From IMG/VR virus record IMGVR_UViG_3300029787_000061, positions 1 through 54,682 of that record: DNA of 54,682 bases. The stretch is one strand, 5' to 3'. The notes under the pieces were generated by a model, which saw only the letters and a program-made list of their open reading frames with translations, searched no databases and was not told the origin of the DNA. Numbering within the stretch: the first letter of the stretch is position 1; every line of letters starts with the position of its first letter. Below are positions 47,336 to 54,682 of this stretch, in pieces. The position numbers and the translations under genes were made by a program. Source of the DNA: a virus (lineage: Duplodnaviria > Caudoviricetes).

Positions 47336-48667
47336 TTAACTACCTCCACCAAATGTATCTCTTACTAATGTCATAGAAGTAAATGATCTTTTTGCTTCAA
47401 AGTGATGACATAATTCTTTTATTAAATATTTACCACCAGTCTCTTGATCAAATTCTGTAGAATCTTCTCTTGATATTTTAGGAAATCTACAAGTTATAAC
47501 ATCCCCTGCTCTTAAATTGGTATTGCAAGGAACTGTCATACTTAAACTTTGTGTCATTAGTAAATTATATCTAACAATATTTTGTCCTTGATATTCTTCA
47601 GGAGAGTAATTTAGATTGGTAGATACACCAACTGTTGCACCAACATCAATAATTTGGGATACTGTTCTTGTTGGAAGTTGATCTAATGTTTGACTTGCAT
47701 CATCAGATATTTTAGGTAGTTCTAAATCTCTACCAAGATTTTTTATACCTTCCTTTTCCCCATAATTATATTTTGTTTGTGAAAACGTAAATGTTAAAGG
47801 ATTAAATGCCAATCTAACAAATGAATATGTTCCCATTCTTAAATTTTCTACAAGATTTTGATTTTTATCTACACTATATTGTAGAATTTTGTAATCATTA
47901 TTTTTAGTTATTGAACTTTCATTTATATCTGTATATGTGTATGTTGCTTTTGATTTTTTCTTAATGAGAGAATCAATTGATGCAAATTGAAATCCATCTT
48001 GATTTTGAAAAAACACAAATCCAGCTGTCGCATTTTTTGAAACATCAGGAACTGATTTGGATGCTAATGAAACTAACGTTGAGAAAGGTTTTCTTAAATT
48101 ACCAATAAAATCATAAGATCCCCTTGTATTTTCGACAGTATATCTTGATTCATCTACCTTTAAAACATCTTTTAAGATTTTAGTTGCAGAACCACTGATT
48201 GTTCCATTATATCTTTTCATTACTCTGGTAGTCTCATTTGTAATTGCCTCTCTTGACACTAAATTGAGTAAAAAACTTTCTCTTTGCTCCTCTTGAAGAA
48301 CTTGAGTGATACTTGATACAAACAAATATTTTTTAGGATCAGATGAAAAGTCGAGTCCAGTTTTTTCCTCATTGTTAAATGTTTTACCTTGATCTATTAT
48401 TTTCATCACCAATCTCTCACCACCTCTTAAAGGAAGTCCATTATAAATTGATTGTTTAGCACCATCCGTTTTCTTTGGATCAATAGGATCTTTGGGTGAA
48501 ATACTATCACCAGTGTTTATAACTCTTATTTTTGCAGTTACAGTTGGTGAGAGAATATCCTCGTAATAATCAACACTAACAACACCAGACCTTAAATCAG
48601 CGGTTCTCTCCTGATCATTTGACTCAAGTGTAAGTTCTTCAAAACTAGATGCTTCTGATGCTGACAT
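47336..48667 (-). CDS. Baseplate hub protein (gp27-like position and fold)
   Basis: YYEDILSPTVTA..LPLRGGERL..FVFFQNQDGFQFASIDSL..LRAGDVI..GKYLIKELCHHF..MTLVRDT; immediately upstream of gp5. Confidence 0.65.
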   Translation of the reverse strand: MSASEASSFEELTLESNDQERTADLRSGVVSVDYYEDILSPTVTAKIRVINTGDSISPKDPIDPKKTDGAKQSIYNGLPLRGGERLVMKIIDQGKTFNNEEKTGLDFSSDPKKYLFVSSITQVLQEEQRESFLLNLVSREAITNETTRVMKRYNGTISGSATKILKDVLKVDESRYTVENTRGSYDFIGNLRKPFSTLVSLASKSVPDVSKNATAGFVFFQNQDGFQFASIDSLIKKKSKATYTYTDINESSITKNNDYKILQYSVDKNQNLVENLRMGTYSFVRLAFNPLTFTFSQTKYNYGEKEGIKNLGRDLELPKISDDASQTLDQLPTRTVSQIIDVGATVGVSTNLNYSPEEYQGQNIVRYNLLMTQSLSMTVPCNTNLRAGDVITCRFPKISREDSTEFDQETGGKYLIKELCHHFEAKRSFTSMTLVRDTFGGGS

Positions 48668-48670
48668 ATG

Positions 48671-49900
48671 TTAAAATAGAGATAAGGCGAATTGATCTTT
48701 GATGCTGTTATCCTTTTGAACTATAATCCTAGTTCCACCTTTAGATCTCACTCCTCCTTGTGATTGAGACTGACCACCCTTGTTTCCAACAATCATTACA
48801 GTATTTTTAGATTTTCTTTCTGGTGTAATTGTGGTCGTACTCACTGTTTTTTTGGATTTACTAATATTTAACCCATCACCAGTTTTTGCCACTGAACTAT
48901 TTACTGTAGAACCAGATGTTCCACCAGTTTTTGTCGAACTTTGAATTTTTTCAGATCCACCAGAAGTCCCTTCTACCTTTAGATTTGTAGTTTTTACATC
49001 ACCATTATTAGAATCTGCAGATCCTTCTGAACCACCACTAGAGGATCCATCTACTTTTAAAGAAGTTTCTTCTCCATCACTTTCTTTATTTGTGGTTGAT
49101 TGCACCTGTTCGGTTAGATTAGCATTTTCAGGTCCTACAATATCAACACCTGTCCCTGCCTTTTCAATTGTTTTTAATGTATCATTAAATTCTCCAGATT
49201 TTGATGCCATAGTTTTTTGAACATCACTGACACTTGATTTAAGTTCTTTATCCTTTAAATCTTTATCTGTCAATTCTCGATTGATTTCTTTTTTTAATTT
49301 TTTCTTCTTCAATCCAAGAAAACTTTTCACACCATCTAAAAGTTTATCCTTTATACCATTAAATGCATCTTTTAGTTTTCCAAATACTCCCTTAATTTTA
49401 TCTCCAATATCATTAAAATTTAAGTTTGATATCACATCAAAAGCTTTTCCAATTACCTTACCAATAGATTTAAAAAATCCAATCACACCATCAAAGAATG
49501 CTTTAAATTTATCTACAATATCACGAATTACTTTGATTACTTTTTTAATAAAATCAATAATCTGAGGTAATTTATTAAGTACAAATCCAACCAAAAGTAT
49601 TTGAATGAGTGACATTAATCTCTCTAATGGTCCTTTTCCAGAAGTTCCTTTTGTTTTTTGCTCCTCTCCCTTTTTTTGAGATTTTTCTTGTTCTAAAAGA
49701 GATTCCTTTCCCTGTCTTTTTTTCTTCTCTTCTCTATATTTTTGAAATCTTTCAGAGGTTGCTCTCAGTCTTTTCTTAATTTTAATATTTTTCTGTACAG
49801 ACTTTGTTAATCTCTTACTACTTTTAGCGACACCCTTCATTGCACCTGCAGACTTAGATGCTATTTTTGCTCCTATTTTTAAAACTGCTGATGCTGCCAT
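48671..49900 (-). CDS. Helical tail protein (tape-measure/gp29-like)
   Basis: Lys-rich coiled coil, a hydrophobic segment and amphipathic helical repeats; located in the hub operon. Confidence 0.55.
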   Translation of the reverse strand: MAASAVLKIGAKIASKSAGAMKGVAKSSKRLTKSVQKNIKIKKRLRATSERFQKYREEKKKRQGKESLLEQEKSQKKGEEQKTKGTSGKGPLERLMSLIQILLVGFVLNKLPQIIDFIKKVIKVIRDIVDKFKAFFDGVIGFFKSIGKVIGKAFDVISNLNFNDIGDKIKGVFGKLKDAFNGIKDKLLDGVKSFLGLKKKKLKKEINRELTDKDLKDKELKSSVSDVQKTMASKSGEFNDTLKTIEKAGTGVDIVGPENANLTEQVQSTTNKESDGEETSLKVDGSSSGGSEGSADSNNGDVKTTNLKVEGTSGGSEKIQSSTKTGGTSGSTVNSSVAKTGDGLNISKSKKTVSTTTITPERKSKNTVMIVGNKGGQSQSQGGVRSKGGTRIIVQKDNSIKDQFALSLF

Positions 49901-49901
49901 G

Positions 49902-51260
49902 TTATGCTAAAACGTTATATTGAGTTTTTGAATATAATGTAAAATTATTATCAGAATTTGATGCAGATATGTTTGGAACTGAAGATGCTAGATTTCCACT
50001 ACCAGAAGTTCCGACTGAACCACCACCCATATTTGTAGTTGCATCCACAATATTTGGAGGTGCTTCATTAAGTGTAGAAACACTCACTTTTTTATTAGGA
50101 TTAGAATTTATTTTAGGAGATTTCTTCACACCATCAATTTGTGATTCATACTTCTCTCTGATTTCTGCCTTTGCATCACCAATCACACCTGAATCTTGTA
50201 ATGCTTTAGATCCAGATCTACCACCACCTGACTCATCTCTTAATTTCTTTTCTGCAGATTCCATATCAGCTCTCATATTATCTCTTACACCTATTACTCT
50301 ATCTCTCTCTATAATATAATTTGCAACAATTTCTTTTTGTTCAGGTGTTCCTGCCTGTTCTACAGTCTTTTGTCCTCTTCCTCTCCTATTTGACTTCCCA
50401 ATATAAAACTTTTCATCTTTACCTGTACCTTTTACTGTAATACCAGCTTCTACTAAAGGACCTTTAAGATCATCAAATTTTTGTTTAAAATTTTCCCCAC
50501 CAGCAGCTTTAGTTGATGCAGCATCAACACCCTTTTTCATGGCAAACAGAGTACCAATACCCGCTGCCAGTCCAAGTGCGATCAATCCTGCTGGACTTGC
50601 CAGAAATCCCAGTATCGCACCACCAATGGAAATAACAGCACTTACTACACCAGATATAATGCCAGGTAATGCCAATAAACCACCATTTAAAGCGAGAAAT
50701 ATACCACCAACCACTGCGACTGACTTAATTATCGTATTTCTCATCTTTTTGAAGGTTTCAGTATCACCAGACATTTGTGCCTGAATCATTTTAATTCCCT
50801 TATTTACAATAAATCCACCAAAAAGTGCCATAAAAGCATCAGCTAATCTACCTAATACACCCTTAACAGTTTTACCAACTGCCTCTACAGGTTTAAGCAG
50901 AGTTTTACTTATTGATTTACCAACACCTTCTAAAAGTCCTTCTTTTTTCTTAGATTTATCTTTCTCATCTTTTAATATCTGTTTTCTTTGTGCTTCCCTC
51001 TGTATTGACTTTTCTCTCTCAGCGTCATTTACTAATATCTGAGAAACTCGATTAGTGTTTAATATAACAACATTTTTTAATAATACTATTTCTCTTGAGT
51101 TTTTTTGTATTTGCTTGGCAAGAGGATCTGATCCCTCTCTATTAAAAACTTTATTTGCATTTATTTTTCTTCTCTTTAAAATAGGGCTACCACCAACACC
51201 ACCACCTCGCATTGAAGACATCTTATTATTAAAATTTTCAAATGCTGGAGAATTATCCAT
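49902..51260 (-). CDS. Helical tail protein (tape-measure/gp29-like) with hydrophobic segments
   Basis: Coiled coil followed by a long Gly/Ala hydrophobic stretch; follows gp51. Confidence 0.55.
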   Translation of the reverse strand: MDNSPAFENFNNKMSSMRGGGVGGSPILKRRKINANKVFNREGSDPLAKQIQKNSREIVLLKNVVILNTNRVSQILVNDAEREKSIQREAQRKQILKDEKDKSKKKEGLLEGVGKSISKTLLKPVEAVGKTVKGVLGRLADAFMALFGGFIVNKGIKMIQAQMSGDTETFKKMRNTIIKSVAVVGGIFLALNGGLLALPGIISGVVSAVISIGGAILGFLASPAGLIALGLAAGIGTLFAMKKGVDAASTKAAGGENFKQKFDDLKGPLVEAGITVKGTGKDEKFYIGKSNRRGRGQKTVEQAGTPEQKEIVANYIIERDRVIGVRDNMRADMESAEKKLRDESGGGRSGSKALQDSGVIGDAKAEIREKYESQIDGVKKSPKINSNPNKKVSVSTLNEAPPNIVDATTNMGGGSVGTSGSGNLASSVPNISASNSDNNFTLYSKTQYNVLA

Positions 51261-51432
51261 TACTTTGTTGTTTTTGTTTTAAATTTTCCTCTTCAATATA
51301 TTGTTCTAAAAGAGCAATATATACATCCTTTTCCCATGGTATCATGTTTTCAATCTCAGTTAATGAATATTTATGGTGCTGCATCAAGGCAAAGTTGATC
51401 TTATAGTATGACTCTAAACTTGCATGAGCCAT
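51253..51432 (-). CDS. gp51: Baseplate hub assembly catalyst
   Basis: Below the ORF-track cut-off. Manual translation: MAHASLESYYKINFALMQHHKYSLTEIENMIPWEKDVYIALLEQYIEEENLKQKQQSNG*. Confidence 0.9.
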   Translation of the reverse strand: MAHASLESYYKINFALMQHHKYSLTEIENMIPWEKDVYIALLEQYIEEENLKQKQQSNG

Positions 51433-51434
51433 AC

Positions 51435-52154
51435 CTACTCGAAAAAAGACGATAACCCTTCTAAGACAATATCACTTTTTACCTTTGTTTCTGGATTGGT
51501 CACTTTAACAGTATGAGACAATTTAGGCATGGTATCAAAGAAATTTTCAATTTCTTTAAATTGTTTTGAATTTAATTGATCTAAAAAATCAATCATCTCC
51601 TTTTTTGTACAATCCGCAGATGTCCAAGATTCTTCTTCATTGTATATTTGATCAATACATGAAATAATTAGATCAAATGACTCCTGAACTCCAATACCAC
51701 CAGTCAAATCAAAATTACTTTTTATAAATTCTGATAAAGAGGGATATTTCATTCTCAATATCAAATTATCGTCTAATTTAATATCTTTATTATGATCAGG
51801 ATGTTTTTGAATTTTTATTTCATCAAGTGGAATCATTACAGGAACTTGTGTTTTTTCATCATCAGGACATGTAATAAGAACTTCCACATTTTCACCAACA
51901 GATTTTCCTCTTATATTTAAAAAAAGATATTCAATATCAAAAGTAGATAATTTATCAACTTTGATACCTCTTGTTATTATACAATTATTAATTACAGATT
52001 TGATAGCGTTAGTTATCTGCTTCTGATCTTCAGATTCCATCGCAATAATCAGAATTTTCTCTTCTTTAACTAAAAATGGTCGATATTTTATTTTTCGATC
52101 AGAAGAAGGAAGAACCAACTCATATGTTGGTGTTGCAATTTTTGGTAATGGCAT
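51435..52154 (-). CDS. gp26: Baseplate hub subunit
   Basis: MPLPKIATPTYELVLPS..IKYRPFLVKEEKIL..FDIEYLFLNIRGKSVGE. TATAAATA late promoter at 52180-52187. Confidence 0.9.
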   Translation of the reverse strand: MPLPKIATPTYELVLPSSDRKIKYRPFLVKEEKILIIAMESEDQKQITNAIKSVINNCIITRGIKVDKLSTFDIEYLFLNIRGKSVGENVEVLITCPDDEKTQVPVMIPLDEIKIQKHPDHNKDIKLDDNLILRMKYPSLSEFIKSNFDLTGGIGVQESFDLIISCIDQIYNEEESWTSADCTKKEMIDFLDQLNSKQFKEIENFFDTMPKLSHTVKVTNPETKVKSDIVLEGLSSFFE

Positions 52155-52268
52155 AATGTTTATAGCACTTCAGTATCTTTATTTATAGCACTTTTTTGAA
52201 ATCCTGACAGAGCAAAAATTTACGGAGTTTTTTTTGCCCGATTTTTGGAATTAAAAGTTCATTTTTGT

Positions 52269-52940
52269 TTATAAAATAGCTAATCCTGAACGAAGATTCT
52301 CACTTCTTCCTCTATTAAATGATAGACTTGTTTCCTCACCTGCAATATATCTTTCATAACTAAATGTCACACTTGCTCTTAACACATCAGAACTCCCATA
52401 TTGTACTGGTGTAGATGAGAAGTTAATTGGAAATAGTCCAAAGAAAGTGTACTCGATTTCTGAACGATAATCAATATTGAACTTTACAATTTTTGTTTTG
52501 TCACATTTATATCCTGAGTTTCCACGAGGATATCTCATACGATAGAAGTAACCTAGATCTCTTTTATCAATAATAGTATTTTTTTCAGAACCACTTGCAA
52601 TATAATCTATCCAATGCTCAAATAATTTAATCATCTTATAGTCTTTATCGACATAAAATTCTAATGTTAATTCTGTAAATATTCTTGAGTGTGCAAACTT
52701 TTCTTGAACACCAGTGAAGTTACCAAAGACATCAGTTGTACCTAGTGAACTACCAGGTATTGATGCAGAACTACATAAAAGTCCAGCATTTTCTGTAATA
52801 AATCTTTTATTAACTCCTTTATCTCCAAGAAATCTAAAAAGAGATGATGACAACCCATCAAAAAACACCTGATAATGAGATGTTTGTGCTACATTTGTCA
52901 GTATTGGTTTTATATCAGATATTTTCTTAGGACGAACCAT
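52269..52940 (-). CDS. Baseplate tail-tube initiator (gp54/gp19 fold)
   Basis: CSSASIPG..LTLEFYVD..FEHWIDYI..FPINFSS..VTFSYERY. Confidence 0.7.
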   Translation of the reverse strand: MVRPKKISDIKPILTNVAQTSHYQVFFDGLSSSLFRFLGDKGVNKRFITENAGLLCSSASIPGSSLGTTDVFGNFTGVQEKFAHSRIFTELTLEFYVDKDYKMIKLFEHWIDYIASGSEKNTIIDKRDLGYFYRMRYPRGNSGYKCDKTKIVKFNIDYRSEIEYTFFGLFPINFSSTPVQYGSSDVLRASVTFSYERYIAGEETSLSFNRGRSENLRSGLAIL

Positions 52941-52978
52941 CTAAATACTTTATATTTTATCTTATATCTATTTAGATG
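52938..52978. promoter_or_regulatory. Divergent late promoters (CTAAATA on both strands)
   Basis: CATCTAAATA (52938-52947) and TATTTAGATG (52969-52978) form a perfect 10-bp inverted repeat. Confidence 0.8.
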
Positions 52979-53416
52979 TCATATAAGGGAAGATATAGAC
53001 CATCTAATCCAAAAAAGTATAAGGGTAACCCATCAAATATAATTTATCGGTCACTCTGGGAAAGAAAGTTCATGGTCTATTGTGACAACAATACTAAAAT
53101 ACTTGAATGGGGAAGTGAAGAAATAGTCCTACCTTACCGATCACCTATTGATAATAAAGTACATCGTTATTTTCCAGACTTTTATATTAAAGTTAGAGAA
53201 TTCAATGGTAATATCAAAAGATATATTATTGAAATCAAACCTAAGAAACAGACAGTAGAACCAAAGATGAAGAAGAGAAAAACAAAGGGATATATTTACG
53301 AAGTCTATGAATATGCAAAAAATCAAGCAAAATGGAAAGCAGCAGAAGAATTTTGTAAGGATCGTATGTGGGAGTTTAAAGTATTAACGGAAGACGAATT
53401 AGGTATCAAGAAATGA
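52976..53416 (+). CDS. gp4: Head completion protein (TnsA-like nuclease fold)
   Basis: YKGRYRPSNPKKYKGNPSNIIYRSLWERKFM..WGSEE..HRYFPDF..EIKP..NQAKWKAA. Confidence 0.95.
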   Translation: MSYKGRYRPSNPKKYKGNPSNIIYRSLWERKFMVYCDNNTKILEWGSEEIVLPYRSPIDNKVHRYFPDFYIKVREFNGNIKRYIIEIKPKKQTVEPKMKKRKTKGYIYEVYEYAKNQAKWKAAEEFCKDRMWEFKVLTEDELGIKK

Positions 53417-53790
53417 ACAGTTATCCAACTGACGACAATGAAAATCGTGTAAGATCTGTAGTAGATTCACTCATTGGTACAGAAAACCCTGATGATATAA
53501 TGATTGAGTTAATGGATAATTTGGGTACGACAGTCACATCATCTCCAAGTGCTGGAAAATATTATGTATTTGTATACAGTGCTAAAACTCCTAACATACA
53601 ATATGACTCTAATCCATTAGTTGCGGTTACTGATGTATTTGAATGGGGTTTTCGTGGTATCAATCTACACGTCGGTCAATATCGAAATTACACCTACAAT
53701 GAACTAATTGGGCAACTATACGAAGTCAACTCGGATGAGTTGGCAGATGTAAGAGAGTTACCTTTTGTAAATATCATGCTAAATAACTAA
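53413..53790 (+). CDS. Short gp2 (DNA end protector)-like protein
   Basis: GKYYVFVYSAKT..YDSNPLV..GFRGINLH resembles the gp2 core. ATGA overlap with gp4. Confidence 0.6.
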   Translation: MNSYPTDDNENRVRSVVDSLIGTENPDDIMIELMDNLGTTVTSSPSAGKYYVFVYSAKTPNIQYDSNPLVAVTDVFEWGFRGINLHVGQYRNYTYNELIGQLYEVNSDELADVRELPFVNIMLNN

Positions 53791-53799
53791 AAAACAATA

Positions 53800-54682
53800 A
53801 TGGCAAAGGGTAACAAACGAAAATTTGGGAGTTTTAGGTATCCAATGGCAAGATTGGATAATGATAGTGACTATCTTGAAATAAAAATTGTAGAATATAA
53901 GGCACCAGGATTTGATAAAAGTGGCACTGGACAATCTCTTCGATTAAAAACAAGTTCAGAATCACTTCAGAAAAATATTGAGAATCCATTAGGAACTATT
54001 TTTCTTCCTATTCCAGAATCTATTTTGGATTCTAATGGTGTGACATGGGGTGAGGATAGTCTGAATGGACTTGCCGCTAGTGCTCTTGGAATTGGGTTGA
54101 AAACTATTACAGCAGAAAGTAGTAAAGAAGCAGTAAAAGCACTAACTGGTGAAACTAAAGAAGCTGTTGGTGGTTTATTGTCTGATAATATGACAATACA
54201 AGCTATTAATTCAACTTTCGCATCGATGGCAGTCAACGCTTTAGGTGGTAACACTAGTGCTGGAGGTATCCTTGCAAGACAAACTGGATCCGTATTAAAT
54301 CCAAATATGGAATTATTATTTGGTGGTGTTCAGTTAAGAAGTTTTAGTTTTGATTTTGATCTTGTGCCTAGAGATGAACAAGAAAGTAATGTTATCAAAA
54401 AAATTATTCGTGCTTTCAAAAAAAGTTTAAATGCAAAAAATGGTTCAACTGGTGAAAATAAAGGTAGTGGACTCTTTATAAAATCACCAGATGTATTTCA
54501 ACTAACTTACAAAACTGGTGCAAGTAATCATCAGTTTTTACATAAATTTAAACCAATGGCACTCTTAAATATTGGAGTTAATTATACTGGTGCAGGAACA
54601 TATGCCACTTATGATAATACCGCACCCGTTCATACAAAAATTGATCTTACATTCCAAGAGTTGAATCCAATCTACTCTGAGG
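53800..54682 (+). CDS. gp48: Baseplate tail-tube cap, partial (runs off the right edge)
   Basis: Manual translation from ATG 53800: FRYP..IFLPIP..NPNMELLFGGVQLRSFSFDFDLVPRDEQES..IIRAFK..SPDVFQLTY..VNYT..LTFQELNPIY. CTAAATA at 53779-53785. Confidence 0.9.
   Translation, partial: MAKGNKRKFGSFRYPMARLDNDSDYLEIKIVEYKAPGFDKSGTGQSLRLKTSSESLQKNIENPLGTIFLPIPESILDSNGVTWGEDSLNGLAASALGIGLKTITAESSKEAVKALTGETKEAVGGLLSDNMTIQAINSTFASMAVNALGGNTSAGGILARQTGSVLNPNMELLFGGVQLRSFSFDFDLVPRDEQESNVIKKIIRAFKKSLNAKNGSTGENKGSGLFIKSPDVFQLTYKTGASNHQFLHKFKPMALLNIGVNYTGAGTYATYDNTAPVHTKIDLTFQELNPIYSE

Noticed and set aside
5074-51282. Numerous plus-strand ORFs of 60-173 aa opposite the structural genes
   Set aside because: Antisense shadows of long Gly/Thr/Val-rich CDSs, mostly with non-ATG starts and no recognisable motifs.
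53967-54254. 95-aa minus-strand ORF
   Set aside because: Antisense to gp48.
1-54682. GAATTC avoidance as support for EcoRI activity
   Set aside because: At least nine GAATTC sites were seen by eye, so there is no obvious avoidance; a formal count was not possible.
1-54682. tRNA, rRNA, introns or inteins
   Set aside because: Intergenic gaps are too short or lack cloverleaf signatures, and no interrupted conserved gene or intein motif was noticed.

Overview
An AT-rich segment of a T4-like marine myovirus genome, most consistent with a cyanomyovirus of the Prochlorococcus-phage type. This call rests on gene content and order and was not checked by database search. The right end holds the baseplate/head-completion block (gp5, gp51, gp26, gp54-like, gp4, gp2-like, gp48). 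A ~37 kb minus-strand block encodes giant modular tail-fibre/structural proteins, two with Peptidase_S74 chaperone ends, two collagen-containing tail-collar proteins and a subtilisin-like protease. Cassettes of 2OG-Fe(II)/JmjC oxygenases and a flavin-dependent halogenase are interleaved, each behind a sigma70-type promoter. The left end has an SF2 helicase and an EcoRI-family endonuclease fused to an N6-adenine methyltransferase. Main observations: (1) a 20-bp in-frame motif (GAAAGACTTCGCATCACATC) conserved at synonymous positions at ~14 module junctions of two giant fibre genes, suggesting DNA-level module shuffling; (2) the REase-MTase fusion bracketed by two identically spaced operator/promoter cassettes; (3) hydroxylase genes sandwiched between Gly-X-Lys and Gly-Pro-Pro collagen fibres, a possible phage-encoded virion modification system; (4) two symmetric divergent promoter pairs. 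No tRNA, rRNA, CRISPR array, reverse transcriptase or recombinase gene was recognised. All product calls come from motif reading by eye.
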